Program-made: the position numbers and the translations under genes
The notes under the pieces: generated by a model
Seen by the model: the letters and a program-made list of their open reading frames with translations, nothing else
Database searches by the model: none
Told to the model about the DNA's origin: nothing
Part shown: positions 41,769 to 51,800 of the stretch, one piece after another
Position numbering within the stretch: position 1 is the first letter of the stretch
How the letters are laid out: every line of letters begins with the position of its first letter
DNA from: an uncultured Clostridia bacterium
Lineage (GTDB): Bacteria > Bacillota > Clostridia > HGM11327
Direction: 5' to 3'
DNA length: 64,000 nucleotides
Assembly (NCBI GenBank): GCA_945918795.1
Contig: CAMEIT010000001.1
Coordinates: 915-64,914, forward strand

Positions 41769-41930
41769 TATCGCCGGTTCTCAGATTTATCCGGTACAAT
41801 CTCAATAATATCATTCATCGTGCAACCGAGTGCCGTACATATTTTAACCAAAACATCGCTTGAAACAGTTGCGCCGTCTTTTTTCATCTTTGCGAGAGTT
41901 GCGGGACTGATTACTATGGAGCAATAAATA
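41769..41930 (-). pseudogene. Truncated XRE-family HTH regulator (only the C-terminal part of the HTH remains)
   Basis: The minus-strand frame reads ...ISPATLAKMKKDGATVSSDVLVKICTALGCTMNDIIEIVPDKSENRR*. An in-frame stop lies immediately upstream, and the first HTH helix is absent. The remnant abuts the 3' end of the 984-aa gene. Confidence 0.55.
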
Positions 41931-41941
41931 TTTTAAATAAA

Positions 41942-44896
41942 CTATCTCTTATCACGATGTGAACATTTATAGCATACACCAAGATTAACGTGATTTACTC
42001 CACCGTATGATACAAAATTAGCCTCTTGATTTATCTCACCGCACAGCTCACACTGAATCCACCTTCTGCCTAATGAATCGCGAATCTGGTATTCTTGCTG
42101 AGTAAACTTATCCTTAACTTCATTATAACCGTTAATACAACGCAACTCAGCAATTTGTTCTTGTCGTGCTTGCTCAATTTCAAGAGCTTTCTCGCGCTCT
42201 TTTCTTAATTTCTCTTGCCGACGAAGATATTTTTCTCGCGATATGCGGTCCTGCTCTGCACATCTATACATACTATCTATACGTTTTTGTTCTTGTTCTT
42301 CGCATACTCGTCTATGTTTCTCTTCCGACTCTTTTTCTCGCATAATTTTATATTCCGGAAAAAGTTCGTCTATAAAAGTGCTTTCCATTCCTTTTATACC
42401 AAATAGACTCAAATTGTTTTTTGCTCGCGTAATGCCAACGTAAAACAATCGTCTTTCTTCTTGCTCACCATCCGCATTATCCTTGGAACGACTAAATATA
42501 TTTGGTCTTGATGATGGGAAACGACCGTCATACACATCTACCATATAAACGCTATCGTATTCCAGGCCTTTGCTTGAGTGGATAGTTGAAAGAATTACAG
42601 CATTATTTGCTTTGGAGAAAAAATCTTGCTGTATTAATTTTTCCAGTTCTGCAAGTCTATTCAAGAACTTTTGTATATCAGGCTCTTGTTTTGAAAGAAT
42701 TTGGAGGATCTCAATCTTTCCGCTATCAAGATGATTATTTTTCACGTATTCCCCATATCCATTATCCATTAAAATTGAAATCGCGTCCGAAGCTTTGGCT
42801 TTCCCAACTCTTCCCATTACGCTTCTGAAATTATCAGCTATATTTTTCTGACGTTTTTTAAGATATTGCATCTGACCTTCAACAGCATCATAAACAGACA
42901 TGTGTTTATATTTGCAATTCTTAAGCACATACTCTTTTTGCTGGCTCTTAAGATATAGGATACCCTTATTGCATATTTTATCAAACGATTCAGCGTCATT
43001 TTCATTCAATGCAAGCGAGAGATACGCTATTATTTCCTTAACTACTCGATTCGCAAAAAAATTCATTTCGGGCTTACGTAGCCTAAAAGGAACGCCATTC
43101 CTTAAAAACAGATCAATAAGAACAACGGAGCTCTCATTATCTCGATATAGAAATGCAGTTTCTCTATCCGCGGTCTTTGCTATTTCAAGCAAGCGTGTGT
43201 ACTGCTTTTCTCTTGAGTCAACCTGTTCTAAAAACACTGCTTCGCCATCACCGCGCTCGGCTGTCATATTTTTCTCATAGCGGCCTTTATTATGTGAAAT
43301 AAATGATTGCGCCTTATCAACAATTTGCCTTGTTGATCGATAATTGCGCTCCATTCGAAGAATATATGGGTTAAGATAATCATATTTGAAATTCAATAAC
43401 GCCTTTGGGTATGCTGCACGGAAACCATATATACTTTGATCTTCGTCGCCCACCATAAAGATATTATTTTCTTTGGCGAGAATCTTAATAATCTCGTGCT
43501 GGATTTTGGATGTGTCCTGAGCCTCATCCACACAAATGTATTTATAGCGTTCTCTCAACGCGGATGTAATTTCATCATCTTTTTTTAAAATCCAAAGAGC
43601 AAATACCATTTGGTCGTCAAAATCCATTTGGCATTTCTCTTGCAGTGACTTCTTATAAGTTTCATACATTGCATTCAAATGTGGGTATTCGGTTTCTATC
43701 TCACTGATTTGCTCTTTCGTGAGCATCATATTTTTTATGTATGTGATAGCAGTGGAAAGCTCAAGAATATCATTCTCAGTCGCATATTCACCATAGTGTT
43801 GCTTAAATATTTCCCCAAGCAAACGCCGTCTTTCATCGCCTTGAATCTGTTTTCTTCGTTGTTTATGGACTTTACTACAATAGTCCACATACACTTTAAG
43901 CGCCAAACTGTTAATTGTACGGAAATCAATTTGCTTACCAAATTTATCACCGAATTGGGCAGAAAACCTGTTCTCCATCTCCTTTGCTGCTGCAGTATTA
44001 TACGTAATGGCAAGAATATTTTCAGGCGCAATGTTTTTATTGAGCACCATGTGACCCAAGCGTTCAACAAGCACTGTGGTTTTTCCCGAGCCCGGGACTG
44101 CCAATAATAGATTTGATCCCTCAACGGCAAGCAAAGCTCGTTCCTGTTGCTTATTAAGGTTAATATGATATTTTTCCTTAAATGAGCAATACTGCTCATT
44201 GTTTTCAATATCTTCTCTACACGGTGGCAAGCACTGTCCATTTTTCAAGCCTATATAAGTCAGAAAATCGTTTTTGCTGATAAAACCGGACGTGTAAAAG
44301 CATTCAAACCCATCTGCAGAAACATCGGTTACTCTTACTATGCATGCGTCGGAATCTGATTGTAGCTGAAAGAAAAGATCTATACAACCACTTTGAATAT
44401 CATAATTATTAAATGCTTTTTTAGGATTCTGCCAATGGAATTCCAGTCTACCGCTTGTTTCTTTGCAAACCAGTTGATCTTCTAACAGATCAGATAAATC
44501 AAATAGCCATATGACTTTGTTACCTAAATTAAAATAGAAATTGTTTCTATCGTCAAAATCTTTCACCGACATTATACTATGCTGAAACTCAATAACAGTG
44601 CGATCAATCATGACATCTGCTCGATGTTTTGTATCTCCCAGAGATAGTTTTACTTCCTGATTTTCTTTAGGAAACAAAGACTGCCATTCGTTATGCCAGG
44701 GAGATATATCATAACTATGGCTACGTTCCCAAGTATCAGAGCAAATGTGATTTTGCTTATGTGCAAAATGGTGTTGACGAATTTCACCTTTTTTCATAAT
44801 CAGAGGTGCTCCACAGTAGGGGCAATAATATTCTTGATTCCCGTGCGTATCCTCAATATGAACTCGATTATCGTTGTAATCAATTGCAAATAACAT
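41942..44896 (-). CDS. Fusion protein: CoiA-like zinc-ribbon nuclease domain, UvrD/PcrA-like SF1 helicase, coiled coil, and a C-terminal zinc ribbon
   Basis: N-terminal YYCPYCGAPL...HHFAHK...HRADVMIDRTVIEFQH (CoiA-like). Helicase motifs AVPGSGKTT, CVDEAQD, IYGFR, NYRST, TIHSSKGLEYD and VGITRAK. The C-terminus has a CxxC...CxxC pattern. An extended -10 (TGGTATAAT) lies upstream. Confidence 0.75.
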   Translation of the reverse strand: MLFAIDYNDNRVHIEDTHGNQEYYCPYCGAPLIMKKGEIRQHHFAHKQNHICSDTWERSHSYDISPWHNEWQSLFPKENQEVKLSLGDTKHRADVMIDRTVIEFQHSIMSVKDFDDRNNFYFNLGNKVIWLFDLSDLLEDQLVCKETSGRLEFHWQNPKKAFNNYDIQSGCIDLFFQLQSDSDACIVRVTDVSADGFECFYTSGFISKNDFLTYIGLKNGQCLPPCREDIENNEQYCSFKEKYHINLNKQQERALLAVEGSNLLLAVPGSGKTTVLVERLGHMVLNKNIAPENILAITYNTAAAKEMENRFSAQFGDKFGKQIDFRTINSLALKVYVDYCSKVHKQRRKQIQGDERRRLLGEIFKQHYGEYATENDILELSTAITYIKNMMLTKEQISEIETEYPHLNAMYETYKKSLQEKCQMDFDDQMVFALWILKKDDEITSALRERYKYICVDEAQDTSKIQHEIIKILAKENNIFMVGDEDQSIYGFRAAYPKALLNFKYDYLNPYILRMERNYRSTRQIVDKAQSFISHNKGRYEKNMTAERGDGEAVFLEQVDSREKQYTRLLEIAKTADRETAFLYRDNESSVVLIDLFLRNGVPFRLRKPEMNFFANRVVKEIIAYLSLALNENDAESFDKICNKGILYLKSQQKEYVLKNCKYKHMSVYDAVEGQMQYLKKRQKNIADNFRSVMGRVGKAKASDAISILMDNGYGEYVKNNHLDSGKIEILQILSKQEPDIQKFLNRLAELEKLIQQDFFSKANNAVILSTIHSSKGLEYDSVYMVDVYDGRFPSSRPNIFSRSKDNADGEQEERRLFYVGITRAKNNLSLFGIKGMESTFIDELFPEYKIMREKESEEKHRRVCEEQEQKRIDSMYRCAEQDRISREKYLRRQEKLRKEREKALEIEQARQEQIAELRCINGYNEVKDKFTQQEYQIRDSLGRRWIQCELCGEINQEANFVSYGGVNHVNLGVCYKCSHRDKR

Positions 44897-45017
44897 ATAA
44901 GCTTGCCCCTTTCTTAATGATCATTTTTATTATACCATAAATTTTCTATATTTTTTACAAGATTTAATAAATATAAAGGTGACAAATAACTCTGCCACCT
45001 TATCTTTGCTTCCTGCG

Positions 45018-45217
45018 AGGTAAATATTACTCCGTTGCCGTCATTCTCCGCTCACGGTCTCGCCTTTCCAGTCTATGATGCCGCCGAACTCCACAAAGCA
45101 CACCAAGCAAACGACCGTGCTGTGATGCAGGCATATGGGTTTGATGTCAAGACAATGACGGAAAGCAGTTGTGTTGCGGAGCTTATGAAGATGTATCAAA
45201 AGTTAGTGGGATGTTGA
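45018..45217 (+). pseudogene. C-terminal remnant of an N6-adenine DNA methyltransferase / type IIG-ISP (MmeI- or PglX-like) enzyme
   Basis: ...VYDAAELHKAHQANDRAVMQAYGFD...ELMKMYQKLV resembles the conserved C-terminal tail of these methyltransferases. A stop codon lies immediately upstream, so only about 66 codons survive. Confidence 0.45.
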
Positions 45218-45281
45218 TAGGAAAACTGACGATATAAGTTACCCACTTCCTACTGATTTGCGGATGCGTCTGCTTGTGAAC

Positions 45282-45448
45282 GTGCCGTAAAAAAACTTAA
45301 ATAGTGTCGCAAAAATAAATGCTCATCTTTTCGTCATACTCTCGACGAAAAGATGAGCGAGCTGCAAAGCGTCTTCAAGTTTTCGGGCTTAAGTAATAAT
45401 CGCAAAGATATTATTACTTACTTTTCAAAAAGCGCCCAAGAAAAATCA
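45282..45448 (+). repeat. Family A repeat, copy 2
   Basis: Aligns base-for-base with 28683-28868. Compensatory changes sit in the hairpin (ttcgtc/gacgaa here versus gccgcc/ggcggg in copy 1). Confidence 0.8.
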
Positions 45449-46000
45449 GTGGTGATGACAGCAATCGCAATCATCGTCATCGTGGTCGTGGTCAAGATCT
45501 GTATCATCATCCGAGAAAGATTCAATTTCGCCTACGTTCATGGATCTGAATGTATCATAATTCTTATCCATAGGCTTCATGCCTTTGATTTTTATAGCAC
45601 TTATATCGTGATTGTCAAAAAAGTCTCTGTACTCATCGGATCTGTCAAGAAGCGCGTCAATGAGTATATCCGGGTTATCGGTGTGAAGGTTCATAGCCAC
45701 ATCCTGGAGCGCGAGTCTGTGAATCAGCTCGTCCCAAAAGGATACGTTGTCATACTCAGATATTCTTTCATCTATTCCCTGATGCTGGTACTCCTTTGTC
45801 GGGAGCCATCCGCCGTACTCTTTATCAAATTCGGCAAATTCGGGCTTATTTATATCCTTAGCATGAGAGAAAATCATGCTCTCAAGCTGATTATATTTTT
45901 CCTCGTCTTTTTCATTGGTTGATGTAATAAGATAATTTCCCGCAAAAACCAAATCAAGCAAATTACGGAACTGTTCTTTTGTAAATTCAAGTGTTATTTT
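45446..46000 (-). CDS. Acidic hypothetical protein with a C-terminal Asp/His/Cys-rich tail
   Basis: Ends ...DDDTDLDHDHDDDDCDCCHHH*. Divergent from the ZIP transporter gene. Confidence 0.45.
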   Translation of the reverse strand, partial: KITLEFTKEQFRNLLDLVFAGNYLITSTNEKDEEKYNQLESMIFSHAKDINKPEFAEFDKEYGGWLPTKEYQHQGIDERISEYDNVSFWDELIHRLALQDVAMNLHTDNPDILIDALLDRSDEYRDFFDNHDISAIKIKGMKPMDKNYDTFRSMNVGEIESFSDDDTDLDHDHDDDDCDCCHHH

Positions 46001-46284
46001 ATCCGCCATACAAATCAAATCCTTTCATGAGCAATTAATATTGTCAACAAACGTGGCAAAGTTTTATTTTAATATTGTCTGTATTCAATATTATAGCATT
46101 AAAACGGCTATTTTACAAGGAAATATTTACACGGCGCGGCTTTAAGTTATTGTTTTTCAACGAATATTTGTGGTATAATTATTAAAATTCCGTTGACACA
46201 GCATCAATGAATTTTGCGGCTTGCGGCATACATTGACCTGCAAAACCGCCATTATGCAAAAAACATCTGCAAAGGAGATATTAT

Positions 46285-47073
46285 ATGTCTGATACGTTGA
46301 ACATTGTATTGGGACTGCTCATACCGTTTGCAGGCACTACTCTCGGCGCCGCAATGGTATTTGTGTTGAAAAAAGAAATGAAACCGTTCCTGCAAAAAAT
46401 CCTGCTCGGGTTTGCCGCAGGCGTTATGATTGCCGCTTCCGTATGGTCGCTCATAATTCCTGCATTGGAAATGTCCGAAAACAGCACCACACCGCAGTGG
46501 CTCCCTGCCGCAATAGGCTTTCTCGCCGGAATGGGCTTCCTGCTCCTGCTCGATACCGTTATTCCGCATATGCACTTGAACTCCGATAAACCCGAAGGTA
46601 AAAAGTCCTCTCTCGGCAAGTCTTTTATGCTCGTGCTCGCCGTTACGTTACATAACATTCCCGAGGGCATGGCAGTCGGCGTTCTCTTCGCAGGCTTACT
46701 CGCCTCTAACACGACAATATCTCTTGCAGGCGCGTTCACTCTCGCAATAGGTATAGCTCTGCAAAATTTCCCTGAGGGCGCTATTATTTCCATGCCGCTC
46801 GCAGGTACGGGTATTTCCAAAACAAAAGCTTTCTCCTATGGACTCATTTCAGGCGTCGTTGAACCCGTAAGCGCTTTCCTTACTATATTGCTCACTTCTC
46901 TCGTTACACCTATCCTCCCCTATATACTCGCTTTCGCTGCCGGCGCTATGATTTATGTCGTCGTTGAGGAGCTTATCCCCGAATCACAGTCCGGTCAACA
47001 CAGTAATGTCGCTACCGTCGGCGTCGCCCTCGGCTTTGTCGTCATGATGATCCTTGACGTCGCCCTCGGATAA
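46285..47073 (+). CDS. zupT: ZIP-family divalent metal transporter (ZupT-like)
   Basis: HNIPEGMAVG and NFPEGAII motifs, 262 aa, multi-TM. AGGAG RBS. Confidence 0.85.
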   Translation: MSDTLNIVLGLLIPFAGTTLGAAMVFVLKKEMKPFLQKILLGFAAGVMIAASVWSLIIPALEMSENSTTPQWLPAAIGFLAGMGFLLLLDTVIPHMHLNSDKPEGKKSSLGKSFMLVLAVTLHNIPEGMAVGVLFAGLLASNTTISLAGAFTLAIGIALQNFPEGAIISMPLAGTGISKTKAFSYGLISGVVEPVSAFLTILLTSLVTPILPYILAFAAGAMIYVVVEELIPESQSGQHSNVATVGVALGFVVMMILDVALG

Positions 47074-47092
47074 GTTTTTATTTTTTCTTTTC

Positions 47093-47230
47093 TTTTGGAC
47101 GCTTTTGAAAAGCGTCCAAACCCGAAAACTTTAAAACGCTTTGCGGCTCCTCATCTCCTTGCCAAGAGTACGGCTTCGGAGATGAGGATTTACTTTTGCG
47201 ACGTTATTTAAGGTTTTTACGGCAAAATAT
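47093..47230 (-). repeat. Family A repeat, copy 3 (inverted)
   Basis: Reverse complement matches copies 1 and 2. Hairpins cctcatctcc...ggagatgagg and ggacgcttttgaaaagcgtcc. Confidence 0.75.
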
Positions 47231-47261
47231 AAATATACAGCACATTTCCATTGAAAAAGAA

Positions 47262-47478
47262 ACGAAAACCAAATGGCAATCCGACTCGACGACCACCGGC
47301 GAGGCTGATTGCCAACCACAAAGTGTTTTAAAGTTTCGCTCAAGCCTTTTCAAAGGCTTGCGGAGTGTGAGGCAGAGCCTCACGAAGAAAAGCTTAGCGG
47401 GGCGCGGGGCGGGGCGGCAGCCCCGAGAGGACGGCTTGCGGAGTGTGGGGCAGAGCCCCACAAAATGATAAAAATGTT
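47262..47478 (-). repeat. Family B repeat, copy 2 (inverted relative to 35716-36010)
   Basis: Reverse complement aligns to 35815-36000, including gtgaggcagagcctcac and the GC-rich ggggcggcagcccc motif. Confidence 0.8.
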
Positions 47479-47485
47479 AACAGAC

Positions 47486-47516
47486 GCACACGGGGGGAAG
47501 AAGTGCGTCTGTTAAC
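47486..47516 (-). terminator. Terminator hairpin downstream of the sipW/tasA-like operon
   Basis: cagacgcac(N13)gtgcgtctg followed on the minus strand by ttaacattttta. Confidence 0.45.
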
Positions 47517-47577
47517 ATATCAAATAAAAGGTACTTTCTGCTAAAATTAATTATAAGACAACGAGTGCTTATTGGAA

Positions 47578-48216
47578 TTATTTTTCCTCAGCAGCGCGTT
47601 TCTTACGAACAACGATGAGCACTACAAAAACTGCCACGCTCAACAAGCAAAGCAATGCAAAGAGGAAAATTGTGCTTTCATCGCCCGTTACCGGATCCTC
47701 AGGGTCAACCGGGAACTCTTCAACTCTGAACTGCCAATTAATGCTGCCGATTGCGTCCTGGAAATCATTATCAAGTTCAATCGGCACCTCAAGTGTGAGG
47801 TTCAGGTCAATTTTGCCGCCGGAATAAACCGTTCCGATATAAGTCCACTCTGTAAGCTGAGCAGTCTGATCAGCAGGTGCGTCGAACATAATAGATTCAT
47901 CATCTGCCTGTTCCACTTTCAGCTTAAGCTGTGAAAGGAACTCCTCGCTACCCTCATTTGCTCCGAGAGAACGTATATAAATTTTAATTTTTACGTCATT
48001 CAATCTTCTGTTTCTGATTGTGATCTTCTGAGTAATACTATCGCCCGGCATTACATTTTTGAAGTTCTCAAAAAGGTCATTCGGCGCAAACACAAATTTC
48101 TGTGCGTTATCATCGCCGTATGAAACCGTGCTTTCCGCAAACGCCGCAACAGATGTGCTTACTGAAAGAATCAATGCCAATGCAAAACCCAAAATACATC
48201 TAAACGTCTTTCTCAT
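47578..48216 (-). CDS. TasA/camelysin-like secreted protein with a C-terminal sorting-signal-like anchor (PVTG, TM helix, KKR tail)
   Basis: Signal peptide, and ...DPVTGDESTIFLFALLCLLSVAVFVVLIVVRKKRAAEEK at the C-terminus. Confidence 0.5.
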   Translation of the reverse strand: MRKTFRCILGFALALILSVSTSVAAFAESTVSYGDDNAQKFVFAPNDLFENFKNVMPGDSITQKITIRNRRLNDVKIKIYIRSLGANEGSEEFLSQLKLKVEQADDESIMFDAPADQTAQLTEWTYIGTVYSGGKIDLNLTLEVPIELDNDFQDAIGSINWQFRVEEFPVDPEDPVTGDESTIFLFALLCLLSVAVFVVLIVVRKKRAAEEK

Positions 48217-48229
48217 ATCCGCCGCCTCC

Positions 48230-48820
48230 TTATGATGCTATTTCTATCGCCGGCATCATAACGCCGTCGGTTATTGTAACATTCCATTCCGTTTCAACCG
48301 TAGTTTCGGGAACAGACTGTATTGCCGATGCTACAATTTCAACTGAAAGATAGAATCCTGCAGGAGCATTGTTGCCGATAGGTGTACAGCTTGCAATGAG
48401 TATTCCCGTGGAAGCGGACGGTGCAACTGCCTTTTTGTAGTAGTAATATCCGTCCGTACCCTTTAACCAATCGGAATTATCGGCAAATATCATTGTGTAA
48501 TCTGTGCCTTCTTGCGGTTTAGCCGCTGTAACCTTTGTTTTGTCCTCAGACATCCATGTTACAACTATCGCCGCTCTTATGTATGCCTCGGTGTCTCCGG
48601 TATTCTTAACTGCAACGTTCGTTTTCACGTCATTCTCGAATGTTTCGGTTACTTGGCAAGCTACCTTAGAAGGCGTCATTACGTTTTCAACCGGATTCGT
48701 CGTATCAATTATGAAGGCTACCGTAGCCGCAACAGCCGTGCATATCAACGCTGCCGAGACAAGCAATGCGGTCAATTTCATCTTGCTTGATGATATTCTC
48801 TTAAAAAAACCGTTCTTCAT
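48230..48820 (-). CDS. TasA/camelysin-like secreted protein (SipW-cognate signal peptide class)
   Basis: N-terminal TM or signal peptide, then ...VAFIIDTTNPVEN, paralogous to 51901.. and 52706... Overlaps the upstream gene by 4 nt. Confidence 0.55.
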   Translation of the reverse strand: MKNGFFKRISSSKMKLTALLVSAALICTAVAATVAFIIDTTNPVENVMTPSKVACQVTETFENDVKTNVAVKNTGDTEAYIRAAIVVTWMSEDKTKVTAAKPQEGTDYTMIFADNSDWLKGTDGYYYYKKAVAPSASTGILIASCTPIGNNAPAGFYLSVEIVASAIQSVPETTVETEWNVTITDGVMMPAIEIAS

Positions 48821-51800
48821 AACTCGCCTCCCAAAGTTTTCAAACCAAACAGGTTGATAATAAAGTTGTCGCCGTCAAGCCACTTTGATTCTGTTCTCTC
48901 ATTTACGAAAGTTACAACGTTTTTGGTCGCATCCTGAACAACCGTTATTGACTTTACGGTTTCATCAGGTGTATATCTCCATGACCAGCCGGTCTGCTCG
49001 ATTACTTTATAGCTACCGAGCGGCAGGTCTGTTATTGTTATCTCGGAATTGCCGTGAATCGTTACGGTAAGCACAATATCGGAATTGTTCGTATCGGTTC
49101 CTATCAATGTAAATATGAATGTCTGATTTACATCGATGTCATAAGCTCCGGTCTTCTTTATTGTAAGCTCTGTGCAAAGCGGATCATATACAAATACTAT
49201 CTCATTCGACTCACCAAATGAAAGCTCTTTGGTTATCTGATACTGTCTCGGAGAATATCCCGGTATTTGAACATATGTTTCCGTAATAATTGAATAATTC
49301 GTTGTTTTTGTTACCGGATCAAGCAAATTATTGCCCTGTGCATCTACGTATTTTACAGTATAATCTACATTACCACCTTTCTTATAGTAGAAAATTATTT
49401 CATTATTATCCGTGTCAAGAACAATACTTGTACTCGTATTCTCAGGGAAATAATTGTTTTGTTCAACGCCGGATACCAGATTCAGCTCTGTACCGATTTT
49501 AGCTTTTTCCGTAATGTTTGTTCCTATAAGTGCCGCATTTGTTTTATCATCAGCAAGCTTTTCTGTTGTTCCTTCAAGATAATAATGTACTGTATAAGTA
49601 ATCATTACCTTATTTGAATACTTAGGATAAAGCTTGTAATCTTTCGTTATCGGCATTGTAAATGAGAATGGCTGTTCATTACCATTTTCGTCTTTATAGA
49701 ACCAACCAACAAATGCCTCTCCCTCTTTTGACGGAGCCACAGGCGCTGTTGCAAGAGTGTACTTCTCTATATCTTTCTGTATACCGAAATAGCCTTCATA
49801 CGTATAAAGTTCACTAAATGAGCTATCCAAATACGTCTCAACTGTATATAAACCGTTTACCCACTTAGCATAAAGCGCTACATTGCTTGCCGGCATTGTA
49901 TGTGAATCAAAAATAAACCGGTCACCTGTGCATTCAGGGTTCAGATACCAACCGACAAACACAGCATCGGCTTCAACCGTATCAGGCTTATTGGTAGGTA
50001 TATATTCATATGCAGAAAGAGGACTTTCATATTGAACGCTGTTGCTCTTATCGGGAGTGCTGTTGCTTGCAGAATAGAAATTCAATTCATAGCTGTTTCT
50101 TCTGTAATAAAAGGTTGCTCCGACACAACTTGAATCAATTTCAGTACCATAGTCAAATGTAAAACCTTCAAATTCGTATCTATCTTCCTCTGTTACATAA
50201 TATCTACCTACGCCACTGACACTGAACATCTCTTGATAGTTTCCATTAAGGTCTTCAGCGTAGTAAGTCATTGTTCCTTCGCCGCCTGTTGCCCCTCGAT
50301 TATAATACGTAGCACTTGCTTTCGGCATTATTCCGAAGAAATTGGTATATGGGCCATTACCACTCTGATCCAGTGTCCAGAAAGTGCTATCGGCATTCTC
50401 GGATATAGCTTCGTATTCAGCCTTAATATTCTGCCCCCAACGCGCTTTTATAGCCTCTGTTGACTGATACTGATAGTTCTTATCCTTACGAGCATAATTA
50501 TATTTAAATGTTAATGTGAATTCCTGTCTTGTGAAGTATACGTTCAAAACAGTTTTGCCGTTTGCATCAACGGTAACCGTATCACTTTTTTCGTAAATCC
50601 ACAAATCCGCTCCCGGATTAAGAGAGTTCATGTAGCACGATGAGTCATGTCCATGTTCATAACCGCAATTTACTTTTGCATTATATTTCTCAAATGTATC
50701 GCTATGAAAGAGGGTGTGTGGCTGTGAACCATACTTGACAGCATTACCGTTTATATTGGCACTACTTGCGGTATACCATGTACCATTAAAGTACAGATAA
50801 TAGTGATCATAGCCACTACCAATAATCGGTGTACAATTGCTATGATAAACATATCCCGATTCGAGCCCAAGCGTATTAAAATATTTCAATTCAGTATCGC
50901 TTGGTGTTACTTTCGATGTTACACCGTAACAAGCGAAGGTATGCGTATGTTCGGTAGCTTCTTCCTTGCAAATAAGCATACCGGGAGTCCAGGTTACCGT
51001 ATTTCCGACATTGCCCCATGCCTCACCGGAGGTAAGATATGAATACTCATCATTATTTGCATTTTGTCCCCAAATAACTATCGTATAATCGGCAATATCC
51101 GTAATCGGCTTCCACTGTGCAAAATACGTAACATCCTCTGTTACTACGCCCGATATTTCCGGCGACCAACCGTCAAAAATGTATCCTGCTCTTGAAGGCT
51201 GTGATATTTTGTCAACATCATATGTTGTTTCATATTTTGCATATATAGGCGCCGGTCCGTTTACACCGCCGTTTACATCGAATATAACAGTGTAATAAAC
51301 TCTGTCATAATAAATATCAACAACTGTTGTTCCGTCGGCTGCAATCGTATATGTAGGTATTCCGGTGCAAACAAAGCCGGTTCCGATTGTTGAGTCCACA
51401 ACAGCGGCAGTATACGCATCAATATCACCCGTCAGTTTTCGAGAATCGTAAAATGTATATTCATCATCATCAAGATTCTGTATATAATGATTTACAGTGT
51501 ATTCAGCCGTGCCCGCTTTATAATAAAGAGTTACCGCAATATCGGCATCTACGCTGTCGAGGTCGAATTTTACAGAGCCGTTGCCGCTTGAATCCTCAGA
51601 ATACGTAATAGTCGAGCCATTAAGTCCCAGTGCCTTATCAACAGGTACAGAATAATTTATAAGCTTCGGAGCAGCAATTTCCTTTTTGAACTCACTTCCG
51701 GCAGGAACGCTTGCGTAATATGGTTGTGCAACCATTCCGTTGTTGCTTAAATAAACATAGTTTACTGTAATAGTTACAATGCCGTCTTCAGCAGCAGCCG

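Noticed and set aside
46020-46284. Possible riboswitch or Zur box in the zupT 5' UTR
   Set aside because: Only a weak 8-bp stem could be found. No match to Zur palindromes or to any riboswitch consensus I can recall. It is left as an unexplained structured UTR.
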